In this document: piece by piece, positions 40,080-52,560 of the stretch
Layout of the letters: each line of letters starts with the position of its first letter
Numbering within the stretch: position 1 is the stretch's first letter
DNA from: Octopus vulgaris
Lineage: Eukaryota
NCBI GenBank assembly: GCA_951406725.2
Contig: OX597823.1
Coordinates: 40,176,001 to 40,240,000, forward strand
Direction: 5' to 3'
DNA: 64,000 nucleotides
Position numbers and translations under genes: made by a program
The notes under the pieces: generated by a model
The model's database searches: none
Told to the model about the DNA's origin: nothing
The model's input: only the letters and a program-made list of their open reading frames with translations

Positions 40080-40649
40080 CGTGCGCCTGTATATATATAT
40101 ATATATATATATGTACATGTAGGTGTACATATGTGTGTGTGTATGTGTGTGTATGTGTGTGTGTGTGTGTGTGTATGTGTGTGTGTGTGTGCGTGTGTAT
40201 GTGCGTATATGTATGTAAAAGCAAGTAAGGTTCAAGACGAAAGATCAGTACAACTGTTAGAACACCCTCTGTTCCTGCTTTTTGTGTTCTGACGGCAAAA
40301 CTTTGACGACAATGGTACCAAACTCTATCGGCCCTGGCATTGTCTTGGACAACACAGGAAGAGCGAAAGAGGAAACTAACATGCATGCGCCAGTGTTTGT
40401 GCTGCAAAAAAGTAAGATTGCCCGGGAAATGAAGCTTAGAGAGAAACTTTCCATGTGTAGAAACCCCTGGGTAGTGCAGACCGAAAGGGACCCCAGTTCC
40501 CCAGGTGTATATAAACATATGTACTTACATACATGCATACATATAAGCATAAATACATACATAAACGTGAATATATACATTTAAGTATATACATACATAA
40601 GTATACATACGCACATACATTATACATAATCACATGCCTACATACATGC

Positions 40650-42745
40650 CCATAACTTTAGAGAGAAGTTGAGAGAAGTTCCTTGGAGAAAACGTAAGTA
40701 AACATTAATGATGCAAAGGTAAAAAAAAATTGAATCACCTGATCCAGAAGTGATAAATTTCTGGAACTCCATAAAATAAAAAAAATATAAAACATTTAGA
40801 ATATGGACTTAAATTCACACCAACTTCAAAAACCTGAAACAACTGATCGTATTAAGCTTTCTGAGGAATTTTATAGAGAATTTCGACTACAGGAATGTTT
40901 CCAAAAGAAGGATTATAAAGAATCATCATCATTTGTGAAAACAAAACAGGATTTAAATCTCCAATGAACAGGAATAAATTCTTCGAGAAATTTATAACGT
41001 GTCTGAAAAGATCAGCGAACCCAATCATTCCAGCAAATCGTATAAAACCAAACATTACAAATGAAAGCAAATGAAAGTATTGAAAAATATACAGAAAAAT
41101 TCCTCTACAGTCATGAAAGAAGCTGACAAAGGATGAGCCATTGTTATAATGCACAAGTTCCATTAGTGAGGAATGGTATTAGAACAATAAAATGATCAAC
41201 ATTAAGAAAAGTTAGAAACCAATGCAGACGAACAAAGAAGAAGCTAAACTAGTAAATTAACGAACAAATTCAAAAATAATTTAACAGAAAAACAGTTGGA
41301 TTGTTTAAATAGTCGAGGCAAAAACAAACAACTTCTATAGAGGACCGAAAATTCATAAATCTGAAGAAATCCTTAGCAGCCTAAAGAACCTCTATCTTAT
41401 GTGAAGATTTCAAAAGTGCCTGAATTTATTATTACGTACAATTGTTGTAGGAACAACATCAAGCACTCAACGATTAAACAATCTACTGATTGAATCCATT
41501 ATGGAAATTGGTTCCAAGTTTCATCAGAGGTGACGGAGAGATTAAAATCATATTCCAAAAAAGAGAAAATATTCAGACGATTCTGGTTACTTCTGAAGTG
41601 GCCAGTCTTTACACAGAGGCTGGCCACTTCAGTAACATTCCGGACAGACAAATATCAATCGAAAATTCAGTCGAGATTCTTAAAGGAAACCATATTAGAA
41701 AGATTAGAGTTGGTGTTAGAAAACAACTTCTTTGTTGTAACAATCAATATTACCTTCAAATACTTTTACAAGACTTGTGGGGATTCTTAGAAGAAAAAAA
41801 TTTCGATTTGGAATTTTTTTTTTATCAGAGTTTCAAAACTCAATTCGAAAGAAAAGTGAAAATGATTTTTCTATGATTCATATTTTGGAAGAGAAATAAG
41901 GAAGATCTTAATAACATTCATTAGACGATCAGATTCACAATGGAAACTTCCGTTTCTGGACATTTGGATAATTAAAGAAAATATGATTATAACAACTGAA
42001 GTCTACAGCAAAGACGGACATACAACAATATTTAAACTTTAAATTTTCTCATCTATCGCATACTAAAAAAAAAATATGCTATTTAACGCGCCCGATTGTT
42101 ATAGGACCAACATCACACATCCAGCTATTAAACAATCTGCTGGACATCATATTGGATCCATTAAAAAATTGGTTTCTAGTTACATCAGCAGTGACATGGA
42201 TATTTTAAACCCTATTCCATATGAGTAAATACAGAGACGATCCTGGTTAGTTTTGAGGTGACCAGCCTCTACGCAAATATTCCGCATGAATTAAGATAAG
42301 AAGTAGTGAAATTCTGGATAGACAAATAGCTATCGATAATTCTGAAGGACTACAACTGATGCTGGAAAACCTTCAAATACTTTTGCAATGCTGGGATTCT
42401 TAGAAGAAAAATTCGTTTTGGAATTATTTATAATCAGAGTTTCAAAACTCAAATTTGAATGAAAAGTGAAAGTGATTCTTCGATGACTCATATTTTGGAA
42501 TACAAATATGGAAGATCTTAATAACTTTCATTAAACGATCAAATTCACAATGGAAGTGAATGAAAGGAACCTTCCGTTTCTTGACATTCTGATAATTTAT
42601 GGAAATATGATTATTAAAGCTAATCTCTACTGCTAAGATAGACACATATGAATATTTAAGCTTTAAATCTTGTCAGTCATTCACTAAAGAAACGGACTAT
42701 TTAATATGGTGAGATGTCTATGTGCAATAATTAACGATTTAACTA

Positions 42746-42832
<87 letters not shown>

Positions 42833-43271
42833 AAGAAAGAACTAAACACTATTCCTCTAGTGATAAAACTATCAGAAAGACTTTATAAATAATGGTATAA
42901 AGGCTTGGCTGTGTGGCTGAGAAGCTCACTTTGCAATCATGTAGATTCGGGTTCACTTGGGCAAGTGTCTTCTACTATAGTCTTGAGCCGACTTAAGCCT
43001 TGTGAGTGGATTTAGTAGACGGAAAACTGAAAGAAGCCTGTCGTCTATATATATGCACATATATTTATGCGTGCGTGTCTGCGTCTATGTTTGTCCCCCA
43101 CCATCGATTGACAACTGATATTTGTGTGTTTATGTCCCCGAAACTTAGTAGTTCGGTAAAGTGACCGATAGAATAAGTAGAAGGCTTACAAAGAATAAGT
43201 CCAACTAAAACTAAAACTATTTAAGGCGGTGCTCCAGCATGGCCACAGTCAAATGACTGAAACGTGTAAAA

Positions 43272-43317
<46 letters not shown>

Positions 43318-44130
43318 GTGTGGGTGTGTGTGTGCATGTCTTTGCGTTTGTGTCACCTGGTCTTTGCGGCACCTGAGCATGGCTGCAGTTCGGTGACTGA
43401 ACCAAGTAAAAGAAAAAAGATAAGAAAAGCCTAACAAATCCCAATACCGCACTAATGAATAAACTTTTACGATGAGGAGGAAATCACAGAAATATTCCAT
43501 TTGTAGTCAACCCCATCCTATAGTGCACAAATCGAAGCATTCCTATTCTATATCAAGCATTAAATCCATGTAAAAGATATTAAAGAACCTATAAATATTG
43601 ATTTCAAATTTTGGTACAAGGCCAGTAATTTCTAAAGAGAAGGTAAGTCGATTACATCGACTTCAGGGCTCAACTGGTACTTGTTTGTCGATTCTAAATG
43701 TGGTGGAAAGCTAAGTCGATCACAGAAGAATTTGAACTCGGAACACAAAGACAGACGCAATGTCGCTAGGCATTTTGCATGGCATGATAATGATTCTGTT
43801 TGCTCGCTACCTTCAAAGAGCCTAACAATTATTAACAGTCAAAGGCAACCGCCAAATCGTAAAATAACAAAGGTAAAATTCATTTACAGCGGAAGAAGTT
43901 ATGCGAGACAAAATTGTGTAAAACCTTCGTTGTGGGACGCGTGATTTTATTGAACAGGGTAAAATCAAAAAGTTCAACAATGGCAAAAGAATTCAAGATT
44001 AAAGAAAATATGAATTACAAAACGAAGCACAGTAAAACCATTGTGATTGACTGCGTTAATTGTCTGCAATATAATGAGAACAAATCGGTGAATCTGGAAT
44101 AAAATTAATGGAACGTGTCAGGGTAAAATT
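40650..44130 (+). pseudogene. Heavily decayed Penelope-like element with a duplicated RT segment, interrupted by SINEs
   Basis: Fragments: ADKG (~41121), NFYRGPKIHKSEE (~41330), ILVTSEVASLYT, LELVLENNFF, PFLDI (~41950); a second pass RPIVIGPTSH..LLDIILDP (~42088), ILVSFEVTSLYANIPHE (~42240), PFLDI (~42575); INSQRQPPN (~43831). Confidence 0.75.
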
Positions 44131-44460
44131 GCCTAATAATTGATTACTAGTCTTTTGCACGTCGTTACTTCTGTACTGAAAGCGACAAAAGAGAGAGAGA
44201 AAGAGAGATGTGTTGTTTAGGAAATTTACCTAGTGACCTATGCGTTAATTCTTCATGCTTTCCTCCCATGCATATTCCATAAAAGCATTACCATGTTAGA
44301 AAAATATTAAGATTTGTTAAAAAACAAACCCGGAAATGAATTTGCATGTGCGTGTATTGTATGCGTGTGCGCATGTGTTTGAGTGCGTGCGTATGTGCAC
44401 GCGTGAGTGCGTGCGTGTCCATATATGAATGTATGACTATATCCGAATTCTTTCACGAGC

Positions 44461-44551
<91 letters not shown>

Positions 44552-44659
44552 GTGTGTCTGTCTATCTGTGTGTGACGAAATCACCTTCACTATGATCCTA
44601 TGAACCGTAAAATTAATACAGAGTTGCTTATTTGTAAAAAAAATATAACATGTGACTTC

Positions 44660-44942
44660 ATTGATCGAGGTTACCGTGGTCTTTTCCGTAGGCTTTTCTT
44701 TCTACGGGTAAACCTCACCTGTCTTCCCCTTTACACTTTATATTGACATTTCTGTTATAACGATCCCTATTGATCGATTTTTCTTTTCTTTTTTTTTCGT
44801 TTATTTTTTCCTTTCCTTCTTCTTTCCCTTTACGATCCCTTTTGATCGAAAACCAAACCCCTTTTTTATTCCCAAAAAGAAAAGCTCTACCTTGTAATTT
44901 GCCCCGTCTGTGTACAGCCCTGTGTGGCTAATAAAGAAACAT
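44660..44942 (+). mobile_element. Probable LINE (L1/Tx1-like) 3' UTR remnant
   Basis: Pyrimidine-rich UTR ending GTCTGTGTACAGCCCTGTGTGGCTAATAAAGAAAC; resembles the MetaSINE-like SINE tail. LINE identity rests on recollection of similar repeats. Confidence 0.45.
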
Positions 44943-45180
44943 ATCTGTGTGTGTGTGTGTGTGTGTGTTTCTGTCAGTCTATATGTATGTACGTACGTAT
45001 GTATGTATGTATGTATGTATACATGTATGTATGTACAGTTATGCTTCAAACCATGCAAATCGGCAGCAGAACTGAAGAGTCACCTGAAAGGTCATGAATA
45101 GAAAGTTAAAAATGTCATTGACAACGAGCAAACCAGAGAGACAGCAATCATTTGTGAAGAAGGAGCAATCACAGTGTATA

Positions 45181-45262
<82 letters not shown>

Positions 45263-45810
45263 TATGTGTGTGTTATGCAGAGACTCATTCGGGTCTGTAT
45301 AAGTTCCGAGTATTTTTGTTCTCCCAGCAATCTCTGTGACAGTATGGTGCTGTAGTCCATTGGTAATCTTCTTGCTTTTGAACAACATCGGTGGTATACC
45401 GAAAGGTATTGTCTATATTTAGATAACTCTAGACTTTCATACAAGAAGAAATAAAGAAAAAAACAGAAAAATCCCACGCATGCTCTTTGGAGAGTAACTT
45501 TTCATATGCAAATCTGTATTCTCACTAAACGTGGGTTTTGAAAGCTTGAGCACAAAAAAATCTCCATCTCTTACATAAGTTCTGTGTCGTTTTTTCAAAA
45601 GTTTTGAAGAAAATATTTAATATCCAAAAGTATATTGTTATAGTTTCGGGAACTTATCTTTCTGTGTGTGTATATATATATATATATATATAGAAAATAG
45701 TAAAAAGTGAAAAAACTACAGAAGGCTTAAATGTTAAAAAATATATATTTGCGTCAATATGTCTGAAGAATATTAAAAAAAATTTTTCTCTTATAATGAC
45801 ATAGTTTTGA

Positions 45811-45847
45811 AGAAAGACCGATTTCGCGTTTAGCTTTTCAAATTTCT
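45811..45847 (-). ncRNA. Hammerhead-like motif with U3-A8 core variant, in a (TA)n-flanked fragment (45693-45861)
   Basis: Minus: AAGAAA-T-TTGAAAA-GC(TAAAC)GC-GAAA-TCGG-TC-TTTCTT. Stem I AAGAAA/TTTCTT with one bulged U, GUC triplet. Confidence 0.55.
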
Positions 45848-45860
45848 TACGACGTTTTGG

Positions 45861-45904
<44 letters not shown>

Positions 45905-46079
45905 ATGATATATATTACACAAACATACACACACGCAGATGCGTTATTTGCTTCCTGATCATAAGGCCTCAGGTTCAGTCCCACTGTGTCATGCCTTCTA
46001 ATATGCCTTCTAATATAGCCCCAGGCCGACCAAAATCTTCTGAATAGATTTGGTAAACGGAAACTGAAAGAAACCTATC

Positions 46080-46120
<41 letters not shown>

Positions 46121-46124
<4 letters not shown>

Positions 46125-47911
46125 GAAATGAAGAAAATGCTGACAAATAATTGAAGTAATTTAAGTAATTTAATTAGGTGAAAGTTCTTTTTACCGGTTG
46201 CGCATTTGTTATGCTTATCAAAATATAAAAGAGAGATTAGAGTCTGTCTCTTATATGTGAAAAAAGAGGCTCCAGAGTTGTTTTGGATTTGCTTGGTTTC
46301 GCGCCTAAAATTTTGATTGGTCATTATGAAGGGGTCACGTGAATGTTTGAATGGAAGTTGGTGTTGGGGTAAGAAAAAAGGCTCCAGAGAAGTTAAAATT
46401 TGGCTAGTGTCACGCCTAAAATTTCTTATTGGCCATAATAAAGAGGTCACGTGAATGTTTAGAATTTTCGAAAATAGTGTTGTTGAAAATTCTTATTGTT
46501 CAGGCTGGTCAGTAGACGTCATGTGGATATTTTAAATAGCTTTTTAGCGCGTAGTTAGGGAGTGTATTTTCCGCTTGACTGGATAAGTAAGTTCGTTTAG
46601 AACAGGGAGAGCTGTATGTATGTATGTGTGTGTGCGCGCGCGCGCGTGTGTGTTTATATGTATGTTGGGGCGCGCGCGCGTGTATATATGTGTGTGTGTG
46701 TGGGTACAATTTTCAATATTTATAGTTCTGCTGGCCTTGTGCCTGTATCGGGAAGCAACGTATTTGTGTGAAGTCACTATTTACAGCCATTTCCAAAAAA
46801 TAGTGTTGGATGTTTTGCACCCGTATTCAATTATGTGTATGTGTGGAACCATATATTTGTGTGTGTCATGGTGTTAATATCTGGGTAAAGGTGTGTGTAG
46901 GGTGTGTGCAGGTGTAAGTGTGTTTGTTGTGGGTTCGTGTTAGGGGCATGTGTTTAGAAGTGGTCTGTATTTATTAATAAGGTGGGATTGCATGGTTATT
47001 CGCTGGGTATGAGTGGCATTGTCTTTAAATTTGTAGAGGGGAAAGATTCTAAAATTGGGATGGAGTTGTGCGGCACAGGTATCAATATGTGCACTAAATT
47101 ATATTTTTCTATATTCCTGTATTTTTATTTGGGATCTGTGGACAGTCATGCGTTGGCGGAGGCTATTTTTTGTTTGGCCTATGTAGTGTTCATTACAGCC
47201 CGAGCAAGTTAAGACATATACTAGGTTTTCTGATGCGCATGTGAAGTTGTGTTTTACTGTGAAACGTTGTCCTTGTTTAAAAAGGAATTCCGGACCTTCT
47301 ATTAGGTTGATGCATATACCACAGTTGGGTCTATTGCATTTGTTTACTGTGGGTTTAGTTGTTGTGGTTGGCAGTACTTTGGCATTTGTTAGGATGGTTT
47401 TCAATGATTTGGGTTGCCTTTTGCTCTTTATGATTTCGTGTGTTAGGAGGATTTGGTTCATTCTATGGTCCTTTTGTAATACAGGAATGTTCTGGAGGAT
47501 GGTGTCAAAAGCTTCATTGTTGAGGGGGTTGTGTGTAGAGATGTATGGTAGAGTATGGGGTTTCGATGTAACAGGTTTAGGGCGTCTAAGTTCCTGCGTG
47601 CTGAGTTTTAGGGCGCGTTGGATCCCATTGTCAATTAGTGACGTGGGGTAATCCCTGCTTGTTAATGTGCCCTTGAGTTCTTGTAGACGTAAGAGACGGG
47701 TGTTTTTATTGGAGACTATAGTGCAAATTCTCTTGGCTAAGTTGTAGGGAATGTTAATTTTAACGTGTCTAGGGTGGCATGAATTGAAAGGGAGGTATTG
47801 CTTGGAGTCTGTGGGCTTGTAGTATATGTCTGTTTCTATTTTTTTGTTGTGAATTTTAATGAGGATGTCGAGGAAGGGAATTTGTTGAGGGCTGTATTCC
47901 AACCCCCCCAC
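46121..47911 (-). mobile_element. Left arm of fold-back Penelope-like element (RT C-terminus, GIY-YIG endonuclease, 3' UTR)
   Basis: ORF 47917-47099: IPFLDILI..TDIYYKPTD..YL.FNSCHP..CNRPNCGIC..FTCASENLVYVLTC..C..HYIGQT..LRQRM..HR. Reverse complement of 48410-50200; 3' end abuts (TA)n. Confidence 0.93.
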
Positions 47912-47928
47912 GTCCAAACTACTACGAA

Positions 47929-49380
47929 ATGAAGGAAGACATTACAGAATTTTGTAGAAAATTGCGACTTAGTGAGGAACTATTCGACCAGCACAATGAG
48001 GATGAGTCACTAGCTAGAAATAAAAGCAACTACACCCCACGAAAAGGTAGAAATAAAATCCTAGACGAATTCTGTGAGCACATTACAAACTTCCCCTACC
48101 AACACTTACACAAACCAAAACCCAAACCAAACCTCAACAAGAAAGAGTGGGAAGAATTAAACAAATTAAAAAATGAAAGATCTATCACCATTAAAGAGGC
48201 CGATAAAGGAAGTGCAGTAGTCTTAATGGAGACAGAATACTATATCAACTTAGCACTCTCCACCTTGGAAAATGGAACATATTACGAAAAGGCTGAACAC
48301 TACAATCAACAGAAAATTATGAGAAACTTAAAAACCCTGATCAACCCCCACAAAGAAGAACTCACTAACAAAGAATTCAACTTCATCACAAATTTCACTA
48401 GTAAAACCAGTGGGGGGGTGGAATACAGCCCTCAACAAATTCCCTTCCTCGACATCCTCATTAAAATTCACAACAAAAAAATAGAAACAGACATATACTA
48501 CAAGCCCACAGACTCCAAGCAATACCTCCCTTTCAATTCATGCCACCCTAGACACGTTAAAATTAACATTCCCTACAACTTAGCCAAGAGAATTTGCACT
48601 ATAGTCTCCAATAAAAACACCCGTCTCTTACGTCTACAAGAACACAAGGGCACATTAACAAGCAGGGATTACCCCACGTCACTAATTGACAATGGGATCC
48701 AACGCGCCCTAAAACTCAGCACGCAGGAACTTAGACGCCCTAAACCTGTTACATCGAAACCCTATACTCTACCATACATCTCTACACACAACCCCCTCAA
48801 CAATGAAGCTTTTGACACCATCCTCCAGAACATTCCTGTATTACAAAAGGACCATAGAATGAACCAAATCCTCCTAACACACGAAATCATAAAGAGCAAA
48901 AGGCAACCCAAATCATTGAAAACCATCCTAACAAATGCCAAAGTACTGCCAACCACAACAACTAAACCCACAGTAAACAAATGCAATAGACCCAACTGTG
49001 GTATATGCATCAACCTAATAGAAGGTCCGGAATTCCTTTTTAAACAAGGACAACGTTTCACAGTAAAACACAACTTCACATGCGCATCAGAAAACCTAGT
49101 ATATGTCTTAACTTGCTCGGGCTGTAATGAACACTACATAGGCCAAACAAAAAATAGCCTCCGCCAACGCATGACTGTCCACAGATCCCAAATAAAAATA
49201 CAGGAATATAGAAAAATATAATTTAGTGCACATATTGATACCTGTGCCGCACAACTCCATCCCAATTTTAGAATCTTTCCCCTCTACAAATTTAAAGACA
49301 ATGCCACTCATACCCAGCGAATAACCATGCAATCCCACCTTATTAATAAATACAGACCACTTCTAAACACATGCCCCTAA
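47929..49380 (+). pseudogene. PLE polyprotein remnant (Neptune-like: Cys-rich linker plus C-terminal GIY-YIG); RT core absent; premature TAA at 49219-49221
   Basis: The pre-RT region (ITIKEADKGSAVV) joins in frame at ~48410 directly to EYS..IPFLDI. The frame continues past the TAA as FSAHIDTC...FRIFPLYKF...RITMQSHLINKYRPLLNTCP* to 49380. Confidence 0.9.
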
Positions 49381-50200
49381 CACGAACCCATAACAAACAC
49401 ACTTACACCTGCACACACCCTACACACACCTTTACCCAGATATTAACACCATGACACACACAAATATATGGTTCCACACATACACATAATTGAATACGGG
49501 TGCAAAACATCCAACACTATTTTTTGGAAATGGCTGTAAATAGTGACTTCACACAAATACGTTGCTTCCCGATACAGGCACAAGGCCAGCAGAACTATAA
49601 ATATTGAAAATTGTACCCACACACACACACATATATACACGCGCGCGCGCCCCAACATACATATAAACACACACGCGCGCGCGCGCGCACACACATACAT
49701 ACATACAGCTCTCCCTGTTCTAAACGAACTTACTTATCCAGTCAAGCGGAAAATACACTCCCTAACTACGCGCTAAAAAGCTATTTAAAATATCCACATG
49801 ACGTCTACTGACCAGCCTGAACAATAAGAATTTTCAACAACACTATTTTCGAAAATTCTAAACATTCACGTGACCTCTTTATTATGGCCAATAAGAAATT
49901 TTAGGCGTGACACTAGCCAAATTTTAACTTCTCTGGAGCCTTTTTTCTTACCCCAACACCAACTTCCATTCAAACATTCACGTGACCCCTTCATAATGAC
50001 CAATCAAAATTTTAGGCGCGAAACCAAGCAAATCCAAAACAACTCTGGAGCCTCTTTTTTTCACATATAAGAGACAGACTCTAATCTCTCTTTTATATTT
50101 TGATAAGCATAACAAATGCGCAACCGGTAAAAAGAACTTTCACCTAATTAAATTACTTAAATTACTTCAATTATTTGTCAGCATTTTCTTCATTTCCTTT
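48410..50200 (+). mobile_element. Right arm of fold-back Penelope-like element
   Basis: Near-identical inverted copy of 46121-47911 (few substitutions seen: QELKG/QEHKG, KPHTL/KPYTL); ends near (TA)n. Confidence 0.93.
50098..50133 (+). ncRNA. Hammerhead-like motif with non-canonical core (U3-A8, GCAA for GAAA) near the PLE 3' end; mirrored at 46188-46223 on the minus strand
   Basis: TT-TTGATAA-GCAT(AACAA)ATGC-GCAA-CCGG-TA-AAAA: stem II GCAT/ATGC, palindrome ACCGGT, GUA triplet, ~70 nt before the element end. Confidence 0.6.
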
Positions 50201-50238
50201 TTTATATATCACCACTCGTGTTCGATATCTCCTTTTTT

Positions 50239-50280
<42 letters not shown>

Positions 50281-50283
<3 letters not shown>

Positions 50284-50525
50284 CGTAACGACAGACGAAA
50301 TACCTATTTCTTTACCACCCACAAGGGGCTAAATACAGAGAAGACAAACAAGGACCGGCAAACGGAATAAATCGATTATATCGACCCAGTGCGTAACTGG
50401 TACTTATTTAATCGATCCCGAAAGGATGAGAGGCAGAGTCGATTTCGGCGGAATTTGAACTCAGAACGTAACGGCAGACGAAAAACCGCTTAGCATTTCG
50501 CACGGCGTGCTAACGTTTCTGCCTG
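50281..50525 (-). mobile_element. MetaSINE-like SINE with tail joined to an internal SINE position
   Basis: GACGAAATAC|CTATTTCTTT junction, as at ~160 and ~347. Confidence 0.8.
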
Positions 50526-50689
50526 CGATAAACACAAGTTAGTTCTAATGTACGTTTCACCATTATGATAACTTTGATGCCTGCATTTAATGTTCCCAGT
50601 GCATTTGGATGCTTAACCAGTATGACTGATCAGGGAACACTTTAATTCATTAATTTACTGAGTACTAATGACATTACTTCTCTGGTTGT

Positions 50690-51830
50690 GAAAGGTTAAG
50701 TCTTTCTAATGTGGATTCGTCAGAGAGTGAATCAATGGAATTCTTCGATAACATAGAGAAGGAGCTGCCAAGAGGAAAAAGGATAATGAATAACAGGAAA
50801 CGTATCAAAAGTTTTGCGGCTGCGGCGGGCGCTTCGAAAGAGGAGATAAAGTTTGAAATGCAGGATTTAATGAAGTAAAAGGACCTGCTAAAAAAGGAGG
50901 GGCACGAGATTGAGATGACCCCCACCTCCTAGTAGAGTTACTCTGAATACGTCGTAGAAAGGAATAAATTCTGAAACGTTTGTAGTCAAAGAGAAAAGGA
51001 TAGATGTGGCAACAAGGGTTCAAATCGAGAAGTGTTTGGGACCCATCTGGTCAGAAATTACGTACCTGGTCAGGGGTAACAAATATGCTCCTGTGAAAGT
51101 GCATTTTCAAATACTCCGTAGCCTCCCTGAAGACGGATAAAGTGATTCTGCTGCCATCATACCTTGGAAGGCGAATTTTTAAGGTAAGGATCGAAAAAAT
51201 CCCACCAGAAAATGGATGTTGCTTGGCTGGCAGCGGCGATAACATTAGGCTTGGAAGAGAGGATAACAATCCTCCAAGCATCAAGAATACCAAAGCAGAA
51301 CTGGCTAAGACAGGGGTTGGAGATGATCATTCAGGCTATCCAGGAGAACATAGAAAGTATTGTGGACACCATTTTGGTGGGTGCAAGAAACTGAGGTTAA
51401 TGGTGGAGGGCAGGAAGCCCCGATGCATCAAGTGTGGCCAGAAAGGCCACATAAAGGCAGAATGCCCTCCGTCTCCCGCAAAAGCACCGGTGGTACCTCC
51501 AGTGGTGAAGGAAACCGCACCTCCACCTCATACGGTGACAGACGCAGAGACGGAGGAGAAATGTGATGAGAAAGAGATAAGGCAACAGAAGAGAACGAAT
51601 GGACCAACGTCTCCAAGAGGAATAGAAGAAAGAGGAGGAATAACCACGCCACGGATACTAGTACCCATCCTACCCTACAGACACCATTCCCAGCAACACC
51701 AGATACTGATCCAGAACCTGCACACACAAATACACTTACAAACACACAGGAGCCTAAAAAAACGGCTTTTGTATTGTTATATGGGGCAAGGAAAACAGCA
51801 CTAGTGAAAAAGGTAGAACTAAAATCAGTC
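50690..51830 (+). mobile_element. Second ORF1/gag-like element with CCHC knuckle, frameshifted, no ORF2 seen
   Basis: ILLPSYLGRRIFKVRIEKIPPE / MDVAWLAAAITLGL...IVDTILVG / LMVEGRKPRCIKCGQKGHIKAECP (51424-51465); same motif order as the 26.6-kb ORF. Confidence 0.7.
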
Positions 51831-52455
51831 AAAAGGGTGAACCTACCGGTCGTGGGTACTTCCTCTTATATGGGTCGAAACGATCGTAGTGAATAATAAT
51901 AAAGTCTCGCGAATTCCATTTACTTTCTCTCTTACATACATACATGTGAAATACGCATACATACATATATACATACACACACACATACATATACACACAC
52001 ATATATGTGCGTATGTGTGTTTGGGAGAAGTAATAGAATTAATAGAATTGAATACATATTAATCAAAATTTAATAGGAGACGCTAAAGAGTGAACACCAC
52101 TTAATATATTCTAAGTATATTGTAATATATATTTTTATTCGTTTTGCATCTAATTCACATTTCATATTACATTATTTTTTATATTCAAACTTACTTTCAT
52201 CTAAACTTCTTGCCATTTACACTTGGTAGTAGTAGTAGTAGTAATAGTGTGTGTGTCTATGTTTGTGTATATATATATATAAACATATACATATACGTAT
52301 ATACACGCATATATGCATATATATATATATATACGTATATATATATACACATATACATAAATATATATATATACATACATACATACACATATACATACAT
52401 ATATATGTATATATGAATATATATATATATATGTATATACATATATATGTATATA

Positions 52456-52487
<32 letters not shown>

Positions 52488-52522
52488 CACACATATATAT
52501 ATATATATATACACACATATAT

Positions 52523-52560
<38 letters not shown>

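Noticed and set aside
49219-49221. Possible programmed readthrough or selenocysteine in the PLE ORF
   Set aside because: The stop is TAA, not TGA, and its presence in both arms is explained by duplication after a single mutation.
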